A stretch of 64,000 bases of DNA from Haliotis cracherodii (taxonomy: Eukaryota): NCBI RefSeq assembly GCF_022045235.1, contig NW_027266264.1:17112001-17176000 (forward strand), given 5' to 3'. Position 1 is the stretch's first letter. Each line of letters begins with the position of its first letter. The notes below the pieces were generated by a model. That model made no database searches. It was not told where the DNA came from and was given only the letters and a program-made list of their open reading frames with translations. Below are positions 25,261 to 38,960 of this stretch, one piece after another. Position numbers and translations under genes: made by a program.

Positions 25261-26607
25261 TCTGTCCCACATCCCTGGCTCGAAATCTGTCGAATAATGA
25301 CAAATCTATGTTTGCAAAATACAATTCTATCACGAAGAGCCTCCACAGTATACAGCGTCTACACTGAAACCTTGGTCGACGCTAGTGATGCCTCTTTACC
25401 TGGGGCAGGGGCCAGACAAGGTCTCATTTGCAAACGGAAAAGAAGAACCGTCCAGCCATGAGAACCCTATGAACCTAATGAATACTTTTTGAGGTAATTC
25501 TTTTGAACCACGATATGGTGTGACACATTTGATGAGGTCTCCTGTAATTCACGTTCTCTATTTACTTTTGTTGCAATATTATTATCTCAAACACAGCTTC
25601 CTGTAACATGATAATTCAAACAATAACATGTTTTTCCAAACATTGCGACATTACAAATAACGCAATTTTGTCAAATGATATCAAGTGCAATTTTCCAAGC
25701 AAGAATATGCAATTTCTACGGAAATCGATTCCTACGTAAAGCTCACTGCCTCTAATACAGCTGATATTGTCATCTAATTATACTTGACATTTTATACTGT
25801 CACATTATTATTCATACAAGTCATTACAAGCGCCAGAGAATAATACTCCAGCAGATGTTTCAGATAAAGGTTTGATCAGTGCTTGTGAGCTCCTATTATA
25901 AGCATAGTAGAAATACATTCATTCCACAATATTACCAGAAACATCCTCTACGTCAGAACTTATTGGAAGTAATGTTCCCCACGACACATTCAACAATCAA
26001 AGGTCTTGCTTTGTATCGGAAAGACATATATGTAAATTACATTAAAAGATATGTGAGGTATTATGTATTACATTACAAATCATTGAATAACTGCACATCA
26101 ATAGTGTAAGATCCACAAATATATTATGTATGAGTGCATTGTACTCTGGGCCACGAGGCGTCCAGTACTTTAATAACGAATCTTGAAGCTCTTTAAGTAC
26201 ACAATGGTTGCCGTGTTCCCCTGAACAACGAGGACGACCAGGGATAATAGAACTATCGTGTATCGTTGGTATGTCAATTTCACCTGCTATTGATACCGTA
26301 TGTACTCAGCATGTGTCATGTATGACCATATGTGATGAAGTGTTGAATGTTGAAACATACTGCTGCCAGAGCCGGATACAGCGAAGTTGGCTAGAGCTAA
26401 AAGTCGGCTAAAGCCAAAAACTGCATTTGCACTAACGATAATCGGAAAGTAATAATTCCGGATATAAGTCTATTGAAGTTTGGTTGTTTGTTTGGTGTTT
26501 TACGCCGCACCCATCACTTACTTCTACACCAACGTGACGGCGGCCGGTAAATAATCCAGTGATTGAAGACTGAAACAAGAAGAGCATATTCACATCGCCT
26601 GTTGGAA

Positions 26608-26842
26608 CCGTGAAGATCCGGGGTAGAATAGGTCTTCAGAAACCCATGCTTGCCGTAAAAGGCGACTATGCTAATCGTCTATGCTAGAGGCGACTAACGG
26701 GATCGGGTGGTCAGGCTCACTGACTTAATTGGTTGATGCATGTCATCGTATCCCAGTTGCGTGAATCGATTATTTACAGAACGCCGTCATATAGCTGGAA
26801 TATTGCTGAGTGCAGCATTAAACAACAAACAAACAAACAAAC
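26608..26842 (+). mobile_element. SINE-like family A
   Basis: Both ends present, with an internal deletion; imperfect TSD acatcgcctgtt / acaccgcctgtt. Confidence 0.9.
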
Positions 26843-29119
26843 ACCGCCTGTTTGTATAGCCAAAATGTAGTTAGTAAAGAGGGAGTCCTCGTGGTGTTGG
26901 CGGTGCCGAGGTGTCACCATGGTAACAGAGGACGCAATCAGGTAATACCAGGTGGTATGAACGTAATAAACACTGTGGAAGTTGATTCGTTGTTATAGAA
27001 ACTATTTAAAGTTATTTCTCACATGAAATCAAACCCAAAGCCTTGATGGTTAGCTTGCCATCTGTTATGCATTGTGTTCTAGGAACCTAATGATTCGCTT
27101 GTCATACGGCAATAACCTTAAATTAAGCCTTCCTAACCTGCTCGCTATAACACAGTGTATTTTAAAGGGTTTTTTTGTGGCATGAGATAGAGTAAGGTAT
27201 TTGTCTATGGGTGGTCCTGACATGCTATTTGGAGAAAATGAATTTCAAATGACAATAGTAATGATTTCCAATATCCGCCAGCCTGATCTAGACAGAAGGA
27301 GGCTGACTCTCACTTGTGACTAACTGGAAGTAGACAAAATGGAGGCGTCGGTGTCATGTCAAAATGTCTGTCTGGGTTGTGTGGGGAAAAGACGCTCGTA
27401 TTATACATCGATCGTGGATGCACACCACTGCTCTTCAATACAAATCCATTAGCTGAATAGAAGGAAAGTGCTTGCTTTGCAAGATATTGATTGTCTTTAT
27501 TTCAAAGGCAGTTAAAAACCTGGTATTGGCGTTCACAAGTACTCTTCTAACGCACCAATCTTTTGAACCTCTGTCATTTTCATGAAGATTACATACATTC
27601 TATTTATCACAATCCATAGATATAAATAATATACTACAGACGTCTGCGTGAATTTGAAGTGTGGTACTTCAATTTTCAAATGAACTGTTACGCGGGGTGA
27701 CTGAAAAGATACTGCTGTCAATACCGGATATAATGCATCAATGAGAACGAGAGATTAACTAATTTCCAATATTAGTCTGTTCAAGTTTGTTTTCGTGTCG
27801 ATTTCCACTGCACGCGTCATTATTATATTAATGTGGAGGCGGCCTGTAATTATCCAGTCTGGACCAGACAATCCAGTGATCTAAGCAATCGCCTGGAGGA
27901 CAGAGTTTGCCTTCTTTGGAGGAGGAGACGTTGGCGTGTCCACTGCTTTGGGTGTTGTTAAGTCTCTGGCTGGCAGTGATGAACCAGAGACGCACCCATC
28001 GTTACAATAGCTAAACAAATTACCTGGGTCTGCTTAAAAACGCCTTAAATTCCCGCCGAACAAGATATACCTCCGGTTCAAATCTTGCGATTTAGAGGAC
28101 CAAGGAGGGCCATGTCTTTACGTTGCGGTTGCCTTTGAATGCTGCTGTTACACGTGTTGTGTGCGGTATACCATTGTCGGGTGTGAAGGAAGTTAGCATG
28201 GTCATATTGGCAACAACGTGCAACTATAGGGTTTCGCACAACAGCTTTCGGCCGTTAAGTTGCCTTGCGCTTGAACCAGGTTTGTTCTGGTGTGGGAGAT
28301 TGAAGCCTATATCATTACGCTTCCACCGCGGGTATGTCGACCTCGCGTATGCAGCTGGCGGGGAACGTTCATGGTTGACCGTCGGAGAAATACTTCATGT
28401 GGGCTGGTCGGGCCAGATACCCTTGACAATCGGGGCAGACCGGGGTCGGCCTGACATCTGTCACGTGACATACCATGCTGATGGTTCCATTCCTGACCAA
28501 CTTGTCCCATTCCTGGACAAGCCGAACGTAGACTCGTGCCCCTCTCGAAGGTTTCCATGTTGGCGTATGAACACGAGAACTACTTCAAGCAAGGACGATA
28601 ACTCTTAATAATAATGTAATATTGATGTAGATGTTTAAAAAGCGCTCGCTTATTCCCGTTGTCAAAGTATTGAACCTCTCTTATACAAATACTAGTATAT
28701 ACTTTTGTATATAAGTATATTTGGGAAGGCATTCAACACATCCATTCTCAGCCGTTCATCTTTTATTTGCAAATTATCAAATATTAAATTAGATATTAAA
28801 ATTGGATGAAGAAAACTGACAAGACGAAGGCGTTTTTAGGATTTAAGTTATTACAACATTGAATTTCTCAGATATATTCAATTAAGCGTGGCAAATTTGA
28901 CTTTGTCTTTTTAATGCTTGAAACAACATTTTTAAAACTTATTTGTTTCATGACTGATTCTTTCCTCTCATGGACAGCGTTAACAAATAGTCCACACATT
29001 TTATAGGAATTAATTTCAATAAAATTATAAAGGAATGCCATATCCATCATGTGTAAGAGATGTTTAGAAGTATTTATAAGCACATACCAGCAACACAGTA
29101 GGACCATGTTAGTATTCAA

Positions 29120-29334
29120 ACCCCGTGGGGATTCCCAAGTAGCGCTATGCCTGTCGTTAGAGGCGTCTTAATGGGTAGGGTGGTCAGATTCGTTAACTTG
29201 TTTGACTGATGCCATCGTTCCTTGCCCGCTCGGATCGTAACTTTCAATATCAATTACTGGCTTGCCAGGTGATGTCTCCGAGCAGCCGTCATATAGGTGG
29301 AATATTGCTAAGTATGGCATTAAACAACAAACAA
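29120..29334 (+). mobile_element. Old diverged SINE family A copy
   Basis: tgcctgtcgttagaggcgtc...ggaatattgctaagtatggcattaaacaacaaa. Confidence 0.7.
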
Positions 29335-29516
29335 CGTTCATATGCAACGTTCGTTAAAATTTAAGGTGCTAAAAAGGAAGAATTTCAATCATATCAACGA
29401 ATGTAAAGACATGTAGATTAGTACAAATTATGTGCTAGATATAACATCAATATCTTTAACTGTTTAATTTGTGTAGAAGTAACACACTAGTTTCTTACCG
29501 GTGAGTTGAACCGGAA

Positions 29517-30264
29517 TACATTCACTTAAAAAAATGAAACGCAACACCAGATTTGTGCGAGGTAGGAAAATACATTTATACGAAGAACCGTACAAGGTAT
29601 TGAACCAAATTGTTCTGGAGAGAACATTTGGTGATTGTAGTCACCACTGTTATCGGTACATAGGGAAAGTACAAAGTGACTCAATATGACGAGTCAATAA
29701 ACGGTTTCGTACCGTTTGGTCGGAGATTCTGCACAGTCCGGGTGTTTGGGATGCGGTTGAGGTGGCGGTGGTCGTCCTTTCACGTGGGTGGCGCAGTCGG
29801 ATGTAGCGATCTTGGGCGGCAGTGGTTATTCTTGGTCGTCCTGACCTTGGACGATCACGTGTTGACTCATGCTGTTTAAACCGATTTCATACCCTCGTGA
29901 TGGTGCTGAGCGCTACATTGAAAAACCTGGCTACAGCTGATCTCCTGCCTGCAAGCGGCGTATGACTTCTGTTAATCTTGGCATGTTGTTGAACTGTCAC
30001 TGTTCGATTGACTCAGATGCCAGGCAATAAAAACACCTGCACTTTAATACCGTTCATAGTGCTGCTGCTAGTGCAATGCGTGCATCTCCATGGCCCTTTT
30101 GTTAATGCACATGGTTTGCATGTCCTTGTTGTGATCATTTTGATCCGGGAAATTTGTTACTGACACTATAACACATTAAACCTCTTCATTTTGCATCTCT
30201 TGGTGAGCTAATTTTGCTTTAATGTCCAACACTATCCGTTTTGCGTTTCATTTTTTGAAGAGTA
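29517..30264 (-). mobile_element. Internally deleted Tc1 element
   Basis: TIRs ...aaaaaaatgaaacgcaa / ttgcgtttcattttttgaagagta. Retains the N-terminal MPRLTEV...RSSKVRTTK / GRPR-type HTH remnant. Confidence 0.8.
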
Positions 30265-30868
30265 TATGTACATCACCCATTTAGGTCATAATATTTATTA
30301 CATTACGTTTTTTATTAACAAATATACACGTTCGGTTCCAAATTCAATATAGGTCGATTAAATCTCAAGGTACCCCAGCTCCACATCGAGAATAAAGTAT
30401 GTTTATCTCCTAAATAACGTCAACAGGCAATAACTGATGTAGTGTGGTTTTTCAAGTGTGAAGTTTAGATTCATTTCGCATGAAGGATCGAATTTACTGT
30501 CCCGACGTGTCTGCGGCATGGAAGAACTTCCACTGTTACGTTTGTCATGGCTTGGAACAGTACTTCCCCTTGGTAGAAGACAGATCGTAGACGGATATGG
30601 TGTTGCCACACGGGGAATCCACCACCAATTGATCCTTGCTCGGCGGAAAATAAACACAACTCTGCACAGTCATAAATGACGGAAAACATTGCGAACGAAA
30701 GATTGAGACTCGTGTCATTAATTTGACACAATCAATGTTGATTTTAGGATTGAAGTCGTCTTTGTTGACGTTCATCAGCTGATGAAGACAGTGCTTCGCG
30801 TGAGCAAATTCCATGATGCGCGAAGCTCTTCATGGTACATTTGCTCACGTGAGGCACTGTCTTCATCA

Positions 30869-33600
30869 GCAATAATGGGTAAAGTAAAAACTGAGCTCAA
30901 CCGAATGGAGAAGCTTGGTGTCGTTGTCAAACAGACAGAACCAACCAGCTGGGTGAACAGCATGGTTACTGTAGTCAAACCACACAAGACGCGCATATGT
31001 ATAGATCCTAAAGATCTAAACAGGGCTGTCAAAAGAGAACACTATCCCATGAGAACTGTGGAAGAAATCATGCCACACTTACCTGGTGCTAAAATATTCA
31101 CGGTTCTGGATGCTGAATCCGGGTTCTGGCAGATCAAACTGGATTAAGAAAGCTCCAAACTGTGCACCTTCAACACACCATATGGTAGGTATTGCTTCAC
31201 AAGACTACCTTTCGGAGTTCAATCAGCTCCAGAGGTATTTCAGCGAACAATGTCTCAGCTACTAGAGGGCCTTACTGGTGCAGAATGCATCATTGATGAT
31301 GTGCTAGTGTGGGGTATAGATGTACCGCAACATGATGAGAGACTGTATGCAGTTCTGAATAGGATACAGTCAAGTGGTCTGAAACTAAACAGATGAAAGT
31401 GCAAGTTAAGAATGACAGAAGTGTCATACGTTGGACATCTTCTGACAAAGGATGGACTAAAACCGGACCCTGAAAAGGTGAAGGCTATTAGAGAAATGCC
31501 AGAGCCGGAAAACAAACATGAATTGATGAGATTCCTGGGCATGGTTCAGTACCTAGGAAAATTCATAGCAAATCTCTCCAGTGAAACTGCGCCACTGAGG
31601 GAGTTGATGTCAAAAGACATTGCATGGCACTGGGAAGAACCCAGAGAAAATGCTTCAAGAATTTGAAGAAACAAGTGACAGACACTCCGGTACTTCAGTG
31701 CTTTGATGTCACTCCTCAACCAGTAACACTGTCAGTTGATGCCAGTTCCAGCAGGAAGGACTAGGAGCAATGCTCATACAAGCTGAAAAGCCAGTTGCGT
31801 TTGCATCACGATCACTAACAAGTGCACAGAAGAGATATGCACAGATCGAGAAGGAGATGATGGGAACCCTGCATGGGTGTGAGAAATTCCATCAATATAT
31901 ATATATATATGGAAAACCTGTCCTCGTAGAAACAGACCACAAGCCCCTGGAAGCAATCTTTCGAAAACCATTGTGTCAGCCTCCACAAAGATTGCAAAGA
32001 ATGTGGCTCCGTCTGCAGAAATATGATCGAAAGCTAGCTTACTTACAGACAAGGTAAAGAACTTATCGTTGCTGATGCTCTAAGCATAGCATATCTCCCA
32101 GCTGATGACAATTGGTTCGATGAGACAGAGTTTGATATGAACTTTATATCACAGCTACCCTTGACTTCATCTAGAGTGGAGACCTTCAAGTTGGCCACAA
32201 CAAATGACCCACAACTACAGCAATTGAAATCTGTCATTCTCATTGGTTGGTCGTCGGACAGGAAAGATGTACCAGCTTGTGTACAAGACTTCTGGAATAT
32301 TCGTGACGAATTGACTGTAGTTGGGGATCTAGTCTTCAAGGGAAACAAACTAGTTGTTCCATGGGCACTGCATGCAGAAACGCTAGAGAAAATTCATGAA
32401 GCACACCTGGGATTAACGAAATGCAAGCAACGAGCAAGAAATGTACTCTTCTGGATTGGAATGAACAAACATATCGAAGATTTTGTAGCACAGTGTACAA
32501 TCTGCAATGAAAACAAAAAGAGCAGGGGCGGTCGGGTAGCCTAGTGGTTAAAGCCATCGCTCGCCCATTTCTGGTGTTCCCCGCCATGATATTGCTGGAA
32601 TATTGCTAAAAGCGGCGTAAAACCATACTCACTCACTCACTCACTCACTCACAAAAAGAGCAACACAAAAAAGCCACTGAAAAGCCCTGACATACCAGAA
32701 AGACCATTGGCTAAAGTTGGTGCAGACTTGTTTGTATACAAAAAATAGTGACTACCTGTTGTATGTGGACTACTTTTCAAAGTACCCAGAAATTGTGAAA
32801 CTTACTGACTTGTCAAGCAAAACTACTATCACGGCACTGAAGTCAGTCTTTGCTAGACACGGAATACCAGATGAAATCATGACAGACAATGGTCCACAAT
32901 TTTCAAGTACTGAGTTTCGCAGATTTTCACAGCCATGGGAATTCACCCACATGACATCAAGCCCAGCGTATCCACAATCGAATGGTCAAGCTGAAAGGTC
33001 AGTACAGACTGTCAAGATGATGTTGGAAAAGGCAGAGGCAATCGGAAGAGATGTTTACTTGTCCCTGCTTCAGTACAGAAATACACCAGTGGACAAAGTG
33101 AACTTGTCGCCAGCACAGATGCTGATGGGCCGGCGCCTGAAGAGCCGCTTGCCTGTGTCAAAAGCACTCGTCCAACCACAAGCACAAGATCACTCCCTGC
33201 TTCAAAGACAACTTGAATACAGGCAAGATCTACAAAAGTACTACTGTGACAACGGGAGCAGATAGTTGTCTCCCCTGAATCCGGGACAATATGTCAGAGT
33301 ACAGGAGAAGAGCGGGTGGAATCCTGCTGTTGTGACAGCAGTCGACCCTTCACCAAGATCATACAAGGTGACAACTAACAGTGGCAAAGCGTACAGACGA
33401 AATTGACGTCACATCAGAACAACATCGGAAGACTTTGGCAACATGAAGGACAAGCAAGAAATCACTAAAACAAGCAAGATAACACTAAAACAGTAAAGTC
33501 TGAAAACCAAGACAGTGCAAAAGAAAATGCCATGGAAAACACAAAGCCAGTAACGACCCAGAACGACCTGTCGACATTCCCAGAAGATATCAAGATTGAA
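30869..33600 (+). mobile_element. Gypsy/Ty3 (Mag-like) pol relic: RT, RNase H and integrase; inactivated
   Basis: RICIDPKDLN, LDAESGFWQI, IIDD, VAFASRSL..YAQIEKE, TDHKPL, HHCC finger, VDYFSKYP/TDNGPQF/PQSNGQAER; several stops and frameshifts. Confidence 0.95.
32525..32650 (+). mobile_element. tRNA-derived SINE family B (internally deleted) inserted in the integrase
   Basis: ggggcggtcgggtagcctagtggttaaag...(cact)n with TSD acaaaaagagca. Confidence 0.9.
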
Positions 33601-33788
33601 CTGTTTATGTTCTCAGTTACCAGTTCAACATTCTATGTTCATGGACTTTAAAGTGTTTTTAGTTAATTTCACTTTCTGAAGAGGGGATATGAAGGATAAA
33701 GGGTTAACTCTATCGTCAACAGTGACGTCAAGTTTATGGACACTAAAGTGTTAAATTTCGTTTGTTTTCACTTTCAGAGGAAGGGAGA

Positions 33789-34107
33789 TGTTGGATAAAG
33801 GGTTAACTGTGACGTCATACACATGTACGCAAGTGATGACGTAACACGCATGTACCAAACCGGATGACGTAGTAAACGATTCTAAGAACCCGCAATGCTT
33901 GTTGTTAAATATATTACAGTAGTGTTCATCTAGGCGAGGCCACCCGCTACTGTCAATATATATTAATATCTCCGGCATATGCCCCTTGTTCAGAAAATAC
34001 ATATTCGTTGTTTTTGCGTTAACTATACGGCAATGTAAGCCAGGATCATACTAGCAGTGAGCAGTCTCACCAAGTCTAATACATCTCGACAGTCATGTAC
34101 ATCAACA
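33789..34107 (+). mobile_element. Probable 3' LTR of the Gypsy element
   Basis: PPT agaggaagggaga at 33776-33788, then TGTTG...CAACA. Confidence 0.65.
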
Positions 34108-34180
34108 CACGTAATATAAACCTTACATAACATGAAGACAGGGTTGACATAGACGTCAGCTTCTTTCAATGCTGACGTCT

Positions 34181-34449
34181 GACCCGTGAAGATCGGGGGT
34201 AGAATAGGTCTTCAGCAGTCCATGCTTGCCATAAAAGACGACTGTGCTTGTCGTAAGAGGCGACTAACGGGATCGGGTGGCCAGGCTCGCTGACCTGGTT
34301 GATGCATGTCATCGTATCCCAATTGCGTAGAACGATGCTCATGGTGTCAATAACTGGATTGTCTGCTCCAGACACGATTATTTACAGACCGCCGTCATAT
34401 AGCTGGATTATTGCTGGAGTGTGGCGTTAAACAACAAACAAACAAACAA
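34181..34449 (+). mobile_element. SINE-like family A, full length
   Basis: gacccgtgaagatcgggggtagaataggtcttcagc...ggcgttaaac(aaac)n. Confidence 0.9.
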
Positions 34450-35160
34450 TGCGACGTCCCTGTACAGGTGCAAGAACCTATGTCTGCATGGTCCTCATTG
34501 ATACAACAGCTTCTAAACTCTACTCTGTTTTCACTAATTCAATATCTTCCCGTGTTTTTTCGGGTGAAACTGGCTTCATGCACATTAATCTGGCTTCAAT
34601 TTGTAAACTACATTTGTATATCTTTGTACATACAGGTTTGAATAGCTTTTCCTGTTAATTGTTAAGTTAATCTCTGCAGCCAGTGCGTATCAAAACACGG
34701 GGTTGTGTACTCGAGGGCAGATGACCACGGAGTACGCTGACCACTGTGTCGGCTTAACGAGACTGATTGATGAGTGATTTCGGTAATTCGTTGCAAATTA
34801 GGTTTGTCGGAGTCGGAGTGCGAGAATGTCGGATTAACGGGACTAAATAGCACTGAATCAATCGGTTCCCATCATTTGTGTCGGATAAAGCCGAGTGTCG
34901 GATTAACGAGTGTCGGATTAACGAGACTTGACTGTACATGGTTTAACTCTGCATGTTTTTTTGTGATGGGTGTCACCGATTGGGCAGGGAAGTCACACCT
35001 TTTTGCCAACACCTGGTATGATCTCTACATGATAATACTGATTTAAAAGCATATCTGATTATGATACAGTCGGATTTGTACAATGGGCTGTATTTTGCAG
35101 AACCATATTTTGTATGGTTATGGAAATGATGTTGTTATTTGTATTTACATAACTAAAATA

Positions 35161-36684
35161 TACTGAACCAAATTAAAAACTTCACAATCCTAAAATCTTA
35201 ACATTTTAACAGTTATCATTGTGGGCCCTCATTGTGTATTTAAACAGTAATGGCCACGTATTGTCTTCAGATAACACCCGTTTGTATGCAGGTGAATCGA
35301 TCAAAATCATGTGCACAGCACTATAGTGGCGAAAGTGTTTTTTCACGTGCAACTGGTCACGTGGCCATAATACCGCAAGTGTTTTCAGCCATACTTGTTA
35401 GCAGTCATTAACAAAAAAAGAAAAACACAAGAAGAAAAAAAATCTGTACAGCCATTTGTCATGCCACGCCTTTCAAATGTGCAACGTGAACGTGCCATCG
35501 GCATGTTGCAGACGGGAAATTCCGTAGCTGAAGTCGCAAGGACGATGGGTCTTAGTCGACGGACTGTTTATGATTTACAGACGCGCCTACAGCAAACAGG
35601 TACCACCGCTGATCGCCCTCGGCCAGGTCGACAACGTGTGACGTCACATGCAGAGGATCGTCAGATTGTCTTACGTCACCTCCGTAACCGATTTTTGACG
35701 GCTACATCAACCAGATATGAACTGTTTAGGGGTAGACTGAGTGCGCAAACTGTTCGAAACCGTCTGAGAACTGCTCACCTTCAAGCACGACGGCCATACT
35801 GCGGGCCGATTCTGACTCAATTACACAGACGTCAACGTCAATTGTGGGCACGGCGACACTTACGATGGACTCAGAGGAATTGGAATCAAGTCGTCTTCAG
35901 TGATGAATCCCGATTTAATCTTCGATTTGCTGATGGTAGGGCGAGGGTGTGGAGTCGCCGTCATGAACGTGACGCCCAGTGTTGTGTACAGGAAGTTGAC
36001 AGATTTCGAGGCGTAAGTGTCATGGTGTGGGGTGCTTTCTGTGACAATGCACGTTCCAGGCTTCTTGTCATGCGTGGCAACCTCAACGCTGCTGCTTACC
36101 GCGACCAGGTACTGGCACTAGAACTTCTGCCTTTAATGGCAGCACATTGACCCGGTTTGATCTTCCAACACGACAATGCCAGACCCCACACAGCAATTTT
36201 GACAAGGAATTTCCTTCAGAATGCGGGAGTCAACGTCATGGACTGGCCGTCAAGGTCTCCCGACCTCAATCCCATCGAACACGCCTGGAATGCTCTTGGC
36301 GGAAGTCTGCGCACTCTCCAGAACCAACCACAGAATTTACAAGATCTTGGCACCATTTTGCAGCACCAATGGCGTCGTCTTCCCAATCATGTGTTCACAA
36401 GCATCACAAGGTCCATGCGGAGGCGTTGTGTGGCAGTTGTCAATGCACATGGTGGCCATACACGCTACTGAACTTGTGTGCCATCAGATTCTCGTGCTTG
36501 GGACTTATGATTTAAACTGTTAATGTTATTACCGAATACCGTAGGTGCTTGGAATAATTGTTACCACCGTTAATTAAAATCCTTCTTTGGACATTAATGA
36601 TTAAAAATTACCTTCTCATTTGTAAGTTGTATATCATATATGGGATTACTTTTAAAAATGTGAAGTTTTTAATTTGACTCAGTA
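35161..36684 (+). mobile_element. Full-length Tc1 (DD34E) transposon; transposase 35461-36471 with one in-frame stop
   Basis: TIRs tactgaaccaaattaaaaacttcaca / tgtgaagtttttaatttgactcagta with TA TSD. FSDESRF, QHDNARPH and SPDLNPIEH give D34E. TGA at 36148-36150. Confidence 0.95.
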
Positions 36685-38149
36685 TAGAAAGAGGATGCAG
36701 TGTTCCACTTGACAAAATATGTTTATGTCATCGAGTGACCAAGCACAGTTGCTATTTCACAGTAACGCAGATAAGAAAATCCAAGATCTATTTATTCTTT
36801 GTTTGTTTATTTGTTTGCTTCTTTAGATTATTATATAGCATGTCAGGACAATAACAGTTGTGAAAGTGTTGCTGAGCTTGAATAAAACAACCATTAAAGG
36901 AATGAGCATTTATTATAGATGAGGCTCGGGGGGTGGGGGTTGTTTCTATTTGTTTTCTTCAAATAAATAAAAACAATTAATGTATATTTGTACATTATTT
37001 ACATTATTTAGGGACTGCTCATCAAGTGGGTGGGTCATGGAAAAATGTTACATGTGTTTGTTGTGTTTTGGGAGGGGAGGGGGCGTCATGAATAAATGTT
37101 ACATAAAATGGCAAAAGGCAAATCTCTCTCTCTTTCACATCGGCATCAGTCCGGACGCGTACAAGCAGCAACGCACGCACGCACGCCCATTACCCCAATC
37201 CCCCACATCCCACTCCCCTGTGATAAAGGCCCACACATGTTTTGAGACAAAAATTTACATAAATTCACCATGAATAATTATGAAAAAGGACATTATGCAC
37301 AGTTGTCAAACTACATTGCCGAACTCCCAATGCATGTCAAAATAGTTAACGACAAACAACCAGCCTACCTGTAAACATCAGCATTAGAAGGGAACACGTA
37401 ATCAACGGCGCCATGGTGTGAGATGGCCTGACAGGTGCCAGTCTTTCCTTCAGCTGGGTGGTCAGTCTCAATAAGCAACTGTGTACACCATGTAACTTCT
37501 CCAACTCAGGCTGCACGCCGTTCTACGTCCCTGTCAAGTCGTACCTCTGTAAATCAGTTTATAGACACAAAATACTTCACACAAATCTTCACATATTACA
37601 GTTCGAATAAGGCTAGTTCTATGAACGTCCGGTTTACCCTTCTTAAAGTATCAATACACATTTCAGAGTTCGTTTCTGTACTTGTCACAGTTTGTGTGCG
37701 GGTCTGTTGATACGTCCACCCAGCGTGCGGTTACACAGTTTCCAGTTACTAACTATGCTTGATTCCCCATAAGTTACACAACATGGCTGTGGCATGTCCG
37801 TTATCCTCGACTTCGGCCGCGTTGCTAGTTACCATTACTTTTGGTACCATCGCGATCTGGTATTGATCATTGCGTTCCAGCGTTGCCAGTTGTAGCGAGG
37901 CTTCACTTGCATCCGGGCACAGGCACGTGGGAAACATATCACCGATCTCGTGGAGCAATTCAAGAAACAATCAATATGCAGGTGAACTGTCTTTACTTGC
38001 ACTCATTAGTCGTTGTAGTTGGTTAGGAGCTTAGCTATGTAACAGACATACCACAAACACATCTTTTGTTTCACAAACCCGTGACTAGATCTGACAGTCT
38101 TCTTCTGTATCCTTAATTCAGCGAAAACACACGCCCATGAAGATCTTGA

Positions 38150-38960
38150 TGATTTTGTTACCAATAATGATTCGGCCAATGATGCAAACTTTCGTTGAGA
38201 ATCGGCAAGAGGTACGACGCAGTTACGAAAACTCGTGGCTAATCCGGTAGAAAAATATGAAGAATGCTAGGAATGGGTTAAGAAACATGTACGAATTACA
38301 AGATTCATGTACGGATCATGCACGAATTGTAAGAATCATCTACGACTAAGTTACGAATATTCCGAAAGCATGTACGAATGCAGGACGATCGCAACGAATA
38401 TGATACGACACATTTACAAATAGTTTGCGAAAATCACTACTTTTCCTGACACGTCGGCATGTTCTTGGGTCCCGAAAGGCTGGCCAACCCAACATTTCCA
38501 GCATGGAGGTTCAACGGAGAGCACGTGTTGCTCTGGTCCTGGTCCTTGGGGAATCGTGTTCTTCTTACTTGATGCTTACATGATTCGTAGTTGACTTGGG
38601 ACATTCGTGGCTGTTTTGGGATGTTTTCGGGTCGAGGACAAGAATTTTTGGGAGCCACGAATCGCTAAGGATAGTCAAGAATGCAAAAAAATCGATTAAG
38701 AAGCTGTTATGGAACATAATAATTAATTACGAATGGATTACGATACAGCCACGAAATTGCAAATCGTCAACCCTTCCACAAAAGTCTTTGACAAACAAAA
38801 CTTTCTCGCCGACTCCCGCGAACTGTACGAATGTTTAGGAATCAAATAAGATTCATTAAAGAACTTCAAGAAATGATTGAGATTTATCTCCGAACATGAA
38901 AAAAAACACTATTTGGGGTGATTCTGGATATTCGTAGTCGTAGTGAAATTGGGGTCATTA
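38150..38960. mobile_element. Non-autonomous DNA-transposon remnant (Harbinger-like) in intron 1
   Basis: Dense acga/tcgt subterminal motifs; end cgtagtgaaattggggtcatta. Confidence 0.45.
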
